From: Heteronotia binoei
Lineage: Eukaryota
Direction: 5' to 3'
Length of the DNA stretch: 64,000 bases
Assembly: GCF_032191835.1 (NCBI RefSeq)
Contig: NC_083243.1
Span: forward strand, 118,792,001 to 118,856,000
Of this stretch, positions 11,019 to 24,980 are shown in pieces; the stretch's first letter is position 1, and the number at the start of each line of letters is the position of its first letter. The notes under the pieces were generated by a model that was given only the letters and a program-made list of their open reading frames with translations, searched no databases and had not been told where the DNA came from. The translations under genes and the position numbers were made by a program.

Positions 11019-12532
11019 TGTCCATAAGCAACATTTTAAAAATCTGCACAGCCAGTCAAATTGCCAGTGGCCAATCAGAAGCCTTGCTGGGCAAAAGCCC
11101 TACTGGGTCACACCCACTTTCTAAGCACTCTTGGCAGACAACAAGAAAGTGGTCAGCAGCACCATGGCACCCACAGACCTCACATTGGGGACCCCTGCTT
11201 TAAGGCAAAAAAGGTCACAGGCAGTGGGTGCTTGTTTCCTTGTCAACAGCTGTAACAATTCCTGTCTTTGACGTTCCCATCACTAAGTCCTCCTGTATGT
11301 TTTCTTAGTTTACACAACACAAGAACACAGAAATATATTCTCTGTCATACGAGGTACGGGCAGGGCCTAGGGGGTGCTTGCCCTGGGCACCACCTGGGGC
11401 ACCAAATTGGGTCCCCTGAGGGGGGCAGAGAGGTGACAAAGGTGACCCCTGCAGAGAGGTGACAAAAGCAGCCCTGTCCTCAAGAAACCTTTTGTAATTT
11501 GTTTTCCACATCTAGGCTGCAATCCTAAAAACAGTTAGGATGCTTAACTTACATTAACTTCAGTACAGTTTTATCAGTACAGTTTTATCAACATATCTGG
11601 GTGTGAGATTATTATCTGAAGGGGTTTTTCAAAAAAAAATTTAAATATTGGTTATTTTCCCTCATCATTTGGGCCTATTTATCTCTTTACCTTTTGATTC
11701 TTCAAGATTAGAATGTGGTTGAATACTTTTGAGTGTGTGTTGAAGAGAAATGTCTACATGAATAATGCTAAGGTCTTTTAGTCATAGACAATCCATTCCA
11801 AACATTTCTTTTGCTTTTAAGAAATGTCAGAAAACTGCATTGATAATTGACTAATTTGGTACAACAGGTTCCATGATGCCAATGGAATTAACAGCAAATG
11901 TTAACAGAATGGGCCTCTTTTGGAATTTAGCCTTCAAAACCCCAGATGTGATTGAAGCTGACTGTGTGATTATGGGCCAGTCATTGACTCTTAGGACAAA
12001 GTTAGACATAACGGCATCCTTGTTAGCCATGAGGATGCCACCACCATTTTGAAGTGATTTTAAAATGTTGATAGGGTATGATTCTTATTAGACCTTAAGG
12101 GCAGCAGGAAGAAGCACTTTTCAAGTGCTGAAATGGCTGAAAGAGGTGACTACAACCACTTGAAAAAGAATTGGGGGAGACAAGAGCATCTCAGCTCACA
12201 GCACTGCCCCTTACAGCCTTTTAAAACCAGTTTATATCCATGGGTGACATAAGGGTGCTATCACATCTGCTTTGGTCCTTAAACTAACCTGTCATGAGGA
12301 CAAGCTTCACAGGAGAAAATGTAATTATCTTGGACTGCTTTGCAGAAGGAGGAACTAGAGCTCAAATAAGTAGAGAATGACAAAAAAATCAGTGATATTT
12401 TTTAACTTTACATAATTTATACAAGCCCTACAATTTGGATTTTGTAGCAATTTGGGAAGCTTGGTGGAGCCACAGTCACACTAAGCTGGCCCCAAGAAAA
12501 CTATGTTTGCTGCTCAGTAAACATGGGATGTA

Positions 12533-15500
12533 GGGCTTCCGGAGTTGGAAAGATGGGGAACTGACGCATCTCCCTTTTGTGGAGTAGACCAGCGCCTTTG
12601 TTCTGGACATAAAAGGTGTTTTTATCACCTGCTGTCTACCCTCCCAGTTATGGGAAGAGTCCAAGACATGCTTGCAAGATTTTGAGGAGTTTAACTTTGA
12701 CTGGCGAGGAGTCCCGCTGGGGCTCCTTTTCAGCTTTGAAGGATCTCCTGTGAAGAATCGCATAACAACGTCTACAAAGGCTTTTTGGAGTCATTAAGTT
12801 GACATAAGTTTACCCAACCACAACTTTCTATAGACTACTGAAGATTGGAACGATCGGTGTAAGGAAGTTTTGGACACTTGATAAAGTACAATTCTTATCT
12901 TTCATTCCAGGATTAAAAAAACATTTTTAAACTAAAGAAACAAAGATCTGGAACTATTTGCAAAGAAGTAAAGCTGTGTTACAGAGGCTGGGGATGAAAC
13001 CGTGGCTTTGGGACTTTAATAGGCGCTGTAAAATTTAAAAAAAAAAGATTTTACCTTTGTGGCTTCTGCAAAAAAAATCCCCCGTCATAACAAAGCCTCG
13101 GCTTGCAACTGGGAAACAGGAAGTGACAAACTATCATGAGAGTGGAAACCATTGAGAACGGGACTTCATTTCCAGAGAATCAGGAAACAGCGCTGGGAGA
13201 AGAGGGATACAACCTAGACCTCCAGGCCTACTCTAGCCCAAAAAATCATAGAGTTGGGGCCTAAAAAAGTTGCAGCCGCCATTTTGAATGTTTACAAAAC
13301 TTTAAATATTAATATCTTGATCCAGGAAGCTCTGAGGATGGCAATTTTGGGCTTGCTGAAGAGGGCAGGCTCTAATCTATTGAACCCTGTTATCGGTTTG
13401 TAGTTTGGTGAGGTCAACTTGGGGTTTATTATATGCTATGGGAAGACTGACGTCTGATGTCTGATCCAAAATATGAACTAAGAACGTGTGGAAGAGCTGG
13501 CTCAGTAGAGGGCAAAATGTCTAAGATTGCCCAATAACAGCTGAATGCTATGGAGGCCAGATTAACAAAGGCAATAAAAGATTTGATAACTACAAGTGAG
13601 AAAAAGTTGACTAAAGAGACTAAAGAAATAACAAAAAAAGATAACTAAGGAACTAACAAAAGAAATAAATTTCAGTGCTGAAGCTGTAAAGAAAGAGATC
13701 AAGAAAGAAATTGAAGATCTGAGGAAGAAGTCACAAGCAACAACAAAGAAGATGCAAGAGGTGGAAAAAAGAGTTACAAATCAAGATGTTACAATAAAGA
13801 AGATTCAAGAAAAAGTTCTACTACAAGACTGTAAGCTGATGGAAAACTTTGTACGTCTGAGGGGGGTACCAGAAAACAATCAAGAGGACTTAAAGAAATA
13901 TATCATGATTATTATTGCTGAATATTTGGGTGAAGATCCAGAGAAGACTGAAGATCAATGTGATTACGAGTACAGGGTCGATTCAGAGTTTGCCAGAAGG
14001 TGTAAATTGCCAAGAGACAGTAATTAAATTTACCACTAGAGATATAGTGGGAAGGATCTTGAGCCAACAATTTGCAAAAGAATTGGTGGTGGAGGAGAGC
14101 ATAGTCAGAATAATGAAGGAACTACCAAGGAAGGTCATCAGTGACAGAAGACAATTTAAACCTTTGATGGATAAATTAAGGGCAAAAGGTACAAGATATA
14201 GATGGATTTTACCAGCCAGACTTACGTTTGAGTATAAAGGGCTGTAGTATTCCATAATAGACATTCAAGGCATGGAAGGGTTTTTGGCAGACAATAAAGA
14301 TTTTGGGGACACAGCTTAATTGAAGAATCATTATGGATTACAAATTAATTTCTTGGAATGTTAATGGCCTAAATTCGCTGCAGAAACAAAGAGTGACATT
14401 TCATTGGATTACAAAACAAAAATGTAATATAATTTGTTTACAAGTACACATTAGTCAATTAGGATTACAAATTTTTACGTAACAAATTTTTAGGGGAAGA
14501 ATTTGGTTCATTGGCTAAAGAAAAAAAAGGGGAGTGATTTTTTACATAAAGAAGGAGCTGGAGCCAAAACTGATTTTTAAAGACAATGAAGGTAGATATT
14601 TGGCAGTAGAAGTTTTGATGTATGGCAAAAAGACTCTGTTGTTGGGACTTTATGCTCCTAATGGGGCTAAGAGTGACTTTTTCAATGATATGAAACAACT
14701 GGATCAAGTAAATATGATCAGATAATGCTTATGGGTGACTTTAATGGAACTATTCAGAACTCTTTAGATAGATCTGGGGGTGAAATGTAGATGGGAAACT
14801 ACCTAAAGCATTTTTTTTAACTAATTAAACAAGAGAGCTTAGAAGATGTGTGGGGAAAATTCAACCCCAGGGTACGAGACTATACTTTTTTTTTCAGCCA
14901 GACATAATACCTTTTCTAGGATTGATATGTTATGGGCTACAAAAGAGCTGGGACTGATCACAAAAAAAGTTGAGATTCTTCCGAAAATAGGTGCAGACCA
15001 TAACCCATTGATGTGGTTGGCTAAAGGGAGGAAAAAAGAGAGGAGGTGGAGGATAAATGATGACTTACAGAAAGTGGAGGTAGTGGCATCTCTAGAAAAA
15101 GAAACTAAAGCTTTTTTGCAAATAAATGACAACCAAGAGGTACAATTTCAAATGGTTTGGGATGCCTATAAGGCTGTGATGAGAGGAACATTAATTACAT
15201 TGAATAATAAAGACAGAAGGGCAAAAGAAAAGCAATTGTTGGACTTACAAAAGGAAATAAGTAAAAAAGAAATTGAATTTAAAAGAGACGGGGGGGAAAG
15301 AAAATTTTGTGAGAAATTACAATTTTACAGAGTCAGTTAAGTCATTTACTGAATAAAGAGGTGGAGTGGAATTTGAAAAGACTCCAACAAAAATATTTTG
15401 AAGGGGCAAACAAACCTGGAAAGTATTTGGCGTGGCAAATGAAGGAAAGAAGGGAAAATAAATACGGTACATAAACAAGATTAAAACCGGTGGCAAAGAA

Positions 15501-18500
15501 ATTGTAGACCAGGAGGGCATCAAAAGGGAATTCTACAAGTGCTATGCTAACTTATTTAAAGGCCAGCGAGTTGATAAAGAAAGAATAGAAGCTTATTTAC
15601 AAAATATGAAGGTAAATCCAACAACAGAAATGATGAAAGAAACATTGAACGATCCAATTGAAAAATGTGAAATAGAAGCTGCAATCAGTTCAATGAAAAC
15701 AGGGAAAGCACCGGGACCAGATGGCTTTTCAATAAAATTTTACAAAGTTCTTATAAATATATTAGTTCCAATGCTCCAAAAATTGATGAATAATATCCGT
15801 TTGGATGGGCAAGTGCCAAATACTTGGAAAGAAGCAGTTATTTCATTGTTACCAAAAGAAGACAGATGCTACAAATGTGAAAAATTATAGACCAATTTCA
15901 AATGACTACAAAATCTTTGCAAAAATTTTGGCGGAAAGGCTAAAACAATACCTGCATAGGTTTATCTGTGAGGAGCAAGCAGGCTTTCTCCTGAAGAGGC
16001 AAATTAGAGACAATATCAGAATAGTGGTGGACATTGTAGAGTATTATGAAAAACATCCAGAAAAAGAAGAGGCACTCTTTTTTGCTGATGCGGAGAAAGC
16101 CTTTGACAATCTTAATTGGGACTTTTTGTTTGCTGTAATGGAAAAAGTAGAGTTGGGAAAAGACTTTATGGTCTTATGGTATGGGTTGGGGTGTCACCAG
16201 TATAATGATGACACCCAGCTCTATCTACTGATGGATGGCCAGCCTGTCTGCGCCACGGAAAATCTTGACCAGGCACTACGGGCCGTGGCTGAGTGGCTCA
16301 GACTGAGCGGGCTGAAGTTAAATCCTACGAAGACAGAGGTCCTTTGCTTGGGCCGCCGCGGCCCGGGGAGGGGGATCCCCCTGCCAGCTTTTGATGGTGC
16401 GCCGCTCACGGCGGCGGACAGGGTCAAGAGCCTGGGGGTGCTATTGGAGCCTTCTTTAAAGATGGAGGCTCAGATAGCAGCCGCTGCCAAGTCCGCATTT
16501 TTTTCATCTTAGACGGGCAAGGCAGCTGGCCCCCTTTCTGGAGCTCGACGACCTAGCAACAGTGATCCATGCTACGGTCACCTCAAGGTTGGACTACTGC
16601 AACGCCCTCTACATGGGGCTGCCCTTGTCTCGGACCCGGAAACTGCAGCTGGTGCAGAATGCCGCAGCCCGGCTGTTGTTGGGTCTCCCAAAGTGGGAAC
16701 ACATCCAGCCGGGTCTCCGGACTCTGCACTGGCTTCCAGTGATATACCGAGTCCGGTACAAGGTGCTGGTTATTACCTTTAAAGCCCTATATGGCCTGGG
16801 ACCTGCCTACCTGAAGGACCGTCTCTCCCCACATGTGCCCCAGAGAGCACTGAGGTCAGGAACACAAAATCTCCTCACTATCCCCGGGCCAAAAGAAGCC
16901 CGCCTGAAGGCCACCAGGGAAAGGGCTTTCTCCGTTATGGCCCCCGTATGGTGGAATCAGCTGCCGGAAGAGGTGAGGGCCCTGCGGGACTTGGCGCAGT
17001 TCCGCAGGGCCTGTAAGATGACCCTCTTCCGGCTAGCCTATACCTAGCCTATATTTAGCTAGGATAACAACTTGAGGTAACTGGCCAGCCATCTGTTTAC
17101 AGGAAACTGAATTACTCTGTTTTTAATGTTTTTAACTGTTTAAATATTCAATTGTTTTATATTTGAAATTGTTTAAATTTTAAGTTTGATTAATTGTTGG
17201 AAGCCGCCCTGAGCCATTCGTGGGAAGGGCGGGATATAAATCCCAAATAAATAAATAAATAAACTTTATAAGAATGGTGAAGGCGATATATACTGAACAG
17301 CGAGCTAAGCTATGTGTTAATTCAGATTTAACGGAGCAAATGGTTATCAGCAAAGGTACAAGACAAGGTTGCCCTCTATCCCCATTGCTATTTATAATGA
17401 CTCTAGAGATTTTGTTGTTGCAAATAACAGAAGATAAGGAAATAGAGGGGCTAAAATTGAAAGGATGAACTTATAAATATAGAGCCTTTGCAGATGATGT
17501 GATGTTTATTATTGAAAATCCAATACAAGTATTACCATTGTTATTGGAAAAAATCAGAAAATATCGTGTCCTTTCTGGGTTTTACATAAATAAAGAAAAA
17601 TCGCAAATTTTAAGTAAAAATGTATTATTGTGCAAACAGAAAGAACTTCAAATGCAACTGGATGTGAAGTCACCTCAAAAGTAAGATATTTGGGTGTAGA
17701 GATCACGATGAAAAATATAGATCTGTTTAAAAATAATTATGATAAACTTTGGTGTAAAATTGAAGCTAATATGTTGAAATGGAATAAACTGAACTTGTCT
17801 CTTTTAGGCAGGATAGCTGCCTTGAAAATGAATGTCTTACCAAGAATGTTGTTCCTCTTCCAAACAATTCCAATTGTGAAAGATGTTAAACAATTCAATA
17901 GATGGCAAAAAAAAAAAAGATTTCTGAATTTGTATGGGCGGGAAAAAAACCAAGAATCAAAAGGAAAATACTAATTGATGCGAAAGAACGAGGAGGTTTT
18001 CAACTGCCAGATCTCAAATTATATCATGAAGCAGTATGTTTAGTATGGCTCAAGGACTGGATAACCTTATCCAACCAGAAGTTATTGGCGTTAGAAGGTC
18101 ATGGAAATCTATTTGGTTGGCATGCATATTTGTATTATGGGAAGGAGAAGATGGATGGTCTCTTCCGGCATCATTTTATAAGAAGTAGTTTGTTGAATAC
18201 TTGGAAACAATATTTTAAATATGGTGATGAGAGGAAACCACTGTGGATTGTGCCAATGGAAGTTATAAAATGGATTTCTGATTTCTGACTCATACAAACA
18301 ATTGCTAAAAATTAAGGGTGGCAAAGTAGAATTAAAAGCGGAGGAAGAACTGCAAGACAAATTTAATTGGTTCCAGATGCTACAAATTAAAAGTCTAGTG
18401 GATAAAGATATCAGGACTACAGGTATAAGGCAAGATCAGACAGAAATGGAAAAAGTGCTATTAGGGGAAGATGAAAAGTTGATTGCAAAGATGTATAAAT

Positions 18501-19215
18501 TGTTATTGAAATGGTCTACAGAAGATGAAGTAGTAAAATCTCAAATGATTAAATGGGCAATAAATATGAATAAAGAAATTTCAATGGAGACATGGGAACA
18601 CCTATGGAAGAACTCTATGAAAATATCGACATGTAATAATATAAAAGAAAACTGTTTGAAAATGCAATACAGGTGATATATGACACCTAAGAAGTTAGCA
18701 AAAAGGAATAAGCAGGCATCTGATCGGTGTTGGAAATGTAAAAAGCATGAAGGCTCTTTTTATCATATGTGGTGGACATGTGAAAAAGCAAGACGATTTT
18801 GGCAAATGATTCAACAAGAGATGTCAAAAGATTTTGGGATATGCAGTTAAAAGGGCACCAGATACCTTTCTGGTAGGATCACAAATGGAAAGTTTTCCGA
18901 AGCAAGACAGGAGTTTGGTGTGGTATATGTTGTCAGCTGCAAGAACATTGTTTGCACAAAGGTGGAAGCAAACTGAAATACCAGATAAATGGGACTGGAT
19001 TTTAAAAACGTTACATTGAAGTGAAATGGATAGACTTACTAGAATCTTGAAAGACAGTGATGCAGAAAAATTGAAAGATGAATGGAAGAAGTTTCAGGAC
19101 TATATTGAAAAGCAATGGAGAGTTAAGAGGCATTTGGTGGTTTTTGAAAATATAACCTGAAATTGGGGGAAATGTAGGAGACAGGTGATTAGAAAGAATT
19201 TTTTTAATCAATATA
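12533..19215 (+). mobile_element. L1-clade (Tx1-like) LINE #1, near full length, degenerate, 3'UTR truncated
   Basis: 5' GGGCTTCCGG...AAGATGG start; ORF1 remnants ~13457-14318 (coiled coil, LPRD...IMKELP); ORF2 from 14333 (ISWNVNGLN, GLYAPNG, KAPGPDGF, DAEKAFD, GTRQGCPLSP, FADD, CWKC..HMWWTC) with many stops and frameshifts. Confidence 0.9.
16170..17262 (+). mobile_element. L2 LINE 3' fragment nested in L1 #1 ORF2
   Basis: YNDDTQLY, SRLDYCNALY, LQLVQNAAARLL, LHWLPV motifs; GCCGCCCTGAG...GGCGGGATATAAAT + (AAAT)n tail; 7-bp TSD ACTTTAT (16163-16169 / 17263-17269); L1 frame GKDF|IRMVK rejoins across it. Confidence 0.92.
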
Positions 19216-20459
19216 CGATAGCTCCTTTTATTAGAGGTTGTTTTGTAAAAAAAAAAAAAAGGTGGCCGAGCTCATTAGCATAAGTCATTAGCATATGCTG
19301 CCGCCCCCAGCCAAAAGCAATTCAATGCAATAAAGGAGAGCTCTGGGTGAGCAAGGCCTGTTCGGGCTGGCTAGAGATCCAGCCAGCCCAAGCAGGCCTT
19401 GATCTCCTGGGCCGCCCCCCCTCCCAGTCAAAAGTTCAACAATCTACCCACTGGCCAAAATCACATAAGCAGTGGAGAAAGAGTGGGGCAGGCTTCTCCA
19501 GGGGTTAATGAGGACTACTGGGGGCATGGCAAAGCTGCTGGTGGCTGGCTGCCAACTCTCCTAATCCAGGGATTGTTATGCAGCTGCACCTACTATTCAA
19601 TGGACAAGGTAGATGGGGAGGAAGAGGGGGAACCCTCAGAAAGGTTCAGGAGCTGTGCTCCTGTGAGCTCCTGCTGAATCTGAGGCTTTTGTAAAGCTAT
19701 TATCCAAATCCACAACCACAGTCCAAAACACTACTAATAGTCTTCTGCAGAAGTAACATTCACAAGGAGAAAAAAAGACCAGATAATTCACTGGGGTTGT
19801 TCACAAACATGTACAAAGATGTCACAATCCAGACTGCTTGACTGACCACTCACACTCCCATTTGTCATGTTGACACTTGAATACATAAACTTTTTCCAAG
19901 GTTAAAATATTGCTACAGACTGGATTGGAGTTTAAACAGAAATTGAAGAAAGCATAATTGTGGAAGACAAACCAGCAGTCAGCCTATATATCCAGCTCTA
20001 CTTCAGCTGCAGGTTTATTATATACTAGGAATAAGGCCCATTACAAAGAAAAAATACAACAGGCTCTGGAAGGAGGCTCTGGGTGAGCCACTCTTGCTGT
20101 CTTCCAACCCAAGTTAAGGCATTCATTTTCCCCCCCACCACCACCTAAAGGGGAGCTGATCTTCTGGAGAGCAGTTGTAATTCTGAGTGGTCTCCAGCCC
20201 TCACCTGGAGATTGGCAATGGTTGTTCCTCAGGGGGATGGCATTGTACCTGTCTGAAGTCCCACCCCTCCTCAAACCCCACCCTTTCCAAGCCCCACCCC
20301 TTACATCTCCAGGCATTTCCTAACCTGGAGTTGGCAACCCTATCTCCTTCCCTTTATCTGTCCCCTGACTTCAGCTTTCCATTGCCTTCCCCCTCCCTGC
20401 AGCCTCAACATAGGAAAAGCACAGTTTTTTCCATAGTGTGGGGAGGGACCAAAGCAGCT

Positions 20460-20612
20460 TACGTCATTCTCCTTTCCCCTGTTTGATCTGAACAACAACG
20501 CTGTGAGGCAGGTTAGGCTTGGAAAGTGTGACTGGTCCAAAATCACCCACTCAGCTTCCACAGCAAGAACCTGGGTCTTTTAGACCCTATTCTGAAGCCC
20601 TAACTCCTATGC
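20460..20612 (-). mobile_element. Degenerate SINE fragment
   Basis: AACAACGCTGTGAGGCAGGTTAGGCT...GTGTGACTGGTCCAAAATCACCC resembles the core of the SINE at 32541-32820. Confidence 0.5.
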
Positions 20613-22567
20613 CTCCTTAAACTCCACCACAGAATCGCCAGGAATTTCCCACCAACCTGGAACTGGCAGCTGTAGTCAACTCAGGACTGGCCCCAGTGAG
20701 TTCTGCCTCAGTGTTTAGTGGTACCTTTCAGACCAACAGTATGTCTCTGATAACACTGTTGGTCTTAAGCAGAGGACTTCAATCTCTCTCTGTCTTACTT
20801 TCCCTCCAAATCTCTCTCTCTGTATCTATCCACCCTGCAAAACAGCCATTTTCTCCAGGGGAACTGATCTCTGCCATCTGGAGATTAGTTGTAATTCTGA
20901 GAGATATCTAGCCCTCACCTGGAGATTGGCAACAATGGTTCCCCAGGAGGAAATTGTTGATTTGGAGTCTATGGCATTGTACCTGTCTGTGGTCCCACCC
21001 CTCCTCAAACCCTACCCTCTCCAAACTCCACTCCTCAAATCTCCAGAAATTTCCCTATCTGGAGTAGACAACCTTCTCTCCTTCTCAGCCAACCATCCTG
21101 GGGCAAGGCTGAGGAGAGGAGGGAGAGAGGGAGGGAGTGACAAGAAAGAGGCAAGAAAGATAGTAAAGGTGCGACAGCCATGCCCTCTGAGGAAACACTC
21201 CCGGCAGTGGCAGGCCTTGCTGCCTAGTCACATTACAACAATGATGGTGGCTCCCTGGCTATTTTGGCAGCCTTCAGAGGCTGTGTGGGCTGTTGATGGA
21301 CGGCAGAGGTCTGTTGTCAGCAGCAGCTGTGATACCTTTTGTGAGGTCACAGTAGAATGGCAGGCCTTTCTGAGGCAGGCTGACAGAGGAGACACAGAGA
21401 AGCATCAGAGTTGTGTCTGTCTCTGAAGTAAGACTTTTTTGACAGTCTGTTCAACATTCATGAGCCTGCAGTAGGCAGGGGAATCAGCCAATGGGAGGCC
21501 AGAGATGGTGACAGACAGTTCATGAGCAAAGAGTTCATGCAGAAAATTTCTAACCAATGAAGATGCTCGATTTTGCCACTACTACAAGGGAATTACATAT
21601 GAAGGATGCCATTGAAACCACAATATGAAAATTATTATATAGAAATGTTGTCACCTCTACCTTCCAGCATCTTACTAACCCTGAAACCTAGCAGCAAAGA
21701 CCATGTTTTGTACAACTTTCTAAGTTATGAATTTGACCTTCCAGTTCAAAGGCTCTGAAGTTAGTGGCTTGAGCTGGAAGCTGAGGACTAACCATGAAGG
21801 ATGAAGAAGGTACTTCTCTGTTGATCTTGCAAAGGCAGAAAGCCAGGGTCCTGGCCAGTCCAGAGTGGGGGCTCTGAGAACTTTTCATAGAACATGTTCA
21901 GCAGGTGAACATACAATTTATCTCCTCGTTGAGCCTCAGATAGCCTCATTTCACAGTCATCCAACTTAAACAACATGCAGCTTCACAGCTGTGCAGTAGA
22001 TGTGGTGACTAAATGTCATTTCTTCTGCCTTTTGACCCTTTTTACACCTGTGCAGTAGGTGAAATAAATTTTCCCCATAGGTTATGAATGGTTAAGCTAG
22101 GCAATTAAATGATGCTGGAGAGCAGAAAATGGTAACTCACAGGAGCTAAGTGAAAATCTGCATGCATGAACTTCTGTAGAACCAGATAGATCAGCAGACA
22201 TTAACATTAATTAGATGGTCACAGACCAAGCAGTAGGATTTAACCCCCCCTCAAAAAAAATTCCATTGCAGTTATTGCTATATAACTGAATGTCTTTGTT
22301 CATTCTTCATTTAAACAGTTGGAGATGAAGCACATTAAGTCAATTGCACTTAATTTGTACTGTGTCTGTGCAGAATATAACCTGAAGTGCCTACCAAACA
22401 ACTGATTCTCTGATCATACTGGCTCAAAAGGACATGAGTTGAAATACTAGGTGCTCAAGCACATAACCCAGAGGCTGCACTCTACCTGCCAGGTGCAGGA
22501 AATGGCTCCACATTCTGATTCCATCTGTGTCTACAGGGATTCTGAGGCCTGACATACATTATAGTGG

Positions 22568-23949
22568 TCATTCACTGGTCACAGGCCTTGAGCATTCTGG
22601 CTGTGTCTCTAGAGTCTCTCCAAAGATATTATCTGTTATGTGCTGGTTCGTATCTAAATGCAAAATCATTTATTGACATTTCTGCAAGATTTATTGGGGG
22701 GGTTGGCTGAGATCGTGAAAAACTAATGGTTAGAGAAACCACATGTAGAATAAACTTACTTTATTATTGCATCATTTGAAAGCTAAGTAGCTACTAAATA
22801 GTTTTTTAAATGAACTATGTTTTATTTTGCTCTGAGTGCATAAGAAAGCAGAAATATCTAAAACTGGGAGGGAGAAATAACACAGATGTCGTGAGAAGTT
22901 AAAAAACAACTTATGTCTTCTGAAACCTCTTCCCTGGAAACCCCACTGAACATGAATAGTATCTGTGCAACATCTCAGCCATATTGTTAGAAACTTCTCT
23001 TACCCCAAGGATTTTATCCAAGAAATTCCTTTGAATGAAACACAACAGCCAGTGTCTTGTTGGTCTTCTTTATGGTTGGTACAGTTCATTGTTTGCTTAA
23101 AGGCACCAGGTGTATGCACAAACTGATAGAGGCTACATTAAATATTTGGATATATAGAGGACTTCCTTTTGCTATCTTAATATGTATGCAGGTGACTCAT
23201 CCATTCATAAACATTTCTTCCTTGAAAAAAAAACAGGGCTAATAGATGTACACTGCCACTAAATACAAGGTTAAATGCAACTGTACGAATTAAATGCCAC
23301 ATCATTTGATAGAGCCTCCCAGGTGTTCAGGGTGTTAACTACAACACATTCCTTCAAAGAGTTATAAAGGAAAGCAAACTGGTGCTTATATATTGGAAGA
23401 ATATAATCAAAGTCCACTGCTGAATGACCTGCATAAAAATAAAAAAGGATGACTAAACACGTTCTCATAGCAACTTTTAAGACCGATTTAAAGTCAAACA
23501 AAACACAGCGGATGCTTTGAACTAGAGGAAGCAGATGCCTTTACTGCTGTGACATGCATTTCCACCCAGCAGTTACATGGGTTGAAATCCGGTCCTGTCA
23601 GGTTACTAATGAGACTGGGATAAGCCAGCAATAGTAAGACTTCCACATATGATTGCCTAATATAAGAAACTTAGATGTTTTATCCTTTTGAATTTGTGTT
23701 TGTCTTAAGATGAGCTGCTGAAAGTTCAATTAGTGATGGAATGTATGCAATCTTCCCCCCCACACACACACCTTTTGCTCTTCTTTCATATATAGGGTGT
23801 GTTTGGACCTTAATATAGTTTCCTCTTAATTCTTAGTCCACACACAGCAGAAGCCTTAACATCTTAACATCTAATTCCAATATCAACAGGTTGTCCCACC
23901 TTACTTCCTTTTGACCCCAAGGGGTCAACGAATAACCCCTCCTTTATGT
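22568..23949 (-). CDS. Candidate last two coding exons of an unidentified minus-strand gene (23949-23905, 22653-22568)
   Basis: tcctttcag|45 bp|gtaagg exon and ttttgcatttag acceptor splice in phase 1 to DIKEGLFVDPLGSKG-N-TNQHITDNIFGETLETQPECSRPVTSE*; protein not recognised. Confidence 0.25.
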
Positions 23950-24243
23950 CTGAAAGGATATTTGTTTTGGCTGCTGACATTTATCTTTTTATCTTGCATG
24001 TCATGGTACTGGGAGAACTGACAAGGTTCCCCAGAACTATACCATTATCCAGCAGGACTCGATCCAGATAACCTTATAAGACAAGGGTATTTAGTGTCAT
24101 CAGCTCAAAAAGCCACACTGCATGATGTAATATCACAAATGACTTTTCTGATCTGACACTGAATCCTACATGCTGATCAGTTTATCATTATGGCATGAGC
24201 AGTTAACAGTTTCATAAATATGCCCTGTATTATAGAAGACTGG

Positions 24244-24331
24244 CAGTGCAATCCTAAACAGAGTTACCATCATCTAATTCTCTTGAAGTCAACAAGTTTA
24301 GAAGAGTGTAACTCTGCTTAGGGCTGCACTG
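24244..24331. mobile_element. Small palindromic MITE
   Basis: CAGTGCAATCCTAAACAGAGTTAC ... GTAACTCTGCTTAGGGCTGCACTG imperfect TIRs. Confidence 0.6.
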
Positions 24332-24699
24332 TATATATGTTAATTATGTTAGGGGAAAAGAGATTACCTATATAAACGACGGTCATAGGACCTGTGGACC
24401 ATACTATTGTATTCTGTCTGTTACTATTAAGTATGCTCCTGGTATGTAATTTCTTCATCATTTAAGATGTCATGTTGAAATGCTTTGTTTCCAATTTTTG
24501 CTTGTTTCCAGTTTCTGCAGTACAAACCCTATTGCATTGGATGTCCCATCCTGACAATTTTATTTACCCTGTGTAATCCACCTTGATTCTCAGTGAAAAA
24601 TTTATATTATATAGGTAATTTAAATAAACAGGCATGCACAATATGAACTCTGGTGTGCAGTATCTTCTTATGGAAATCACTGTGCAGGATGTGGAGATA

Positions 24700-24980
24700 G
24701 CCACACGGCTCAGATGATATTTAAGAAGGGTTAGACAAGTTCATGGAGGCTAGATCTATCCATAGCTAACAGCCAAAGTGAAACTCCATGTACAGAGGCA
24801 GCATACCTCACAGAAATGAAAATGGGGTAGGGGTTAAATAGCATCGGAAGGCCAAGAACTTCATAACTTCATAGTGAGTATCCAACAGCATCTGGCTAAC
24901 TGCTGTTGGAAACAGACTGCTCACTGCTGGACTCAATAGATCTTGATCACATCCGGCAAAGGCACTTCTTAAGTTCTCAT
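24700..24980 (+). mobile_element. Old CR1 3' fragment
   Basis: ATTTAAGAAGGGTTAGACAAGTTCATGGAGG (FKKGLDKFME) followed by CR1-like 3'UTR. Confidence 0.6.

Noticed and set aside
21440-21600. Two CCAAT boxes as a promoter
   Set aside because: No CpG island, TSS or downstream gene evidence
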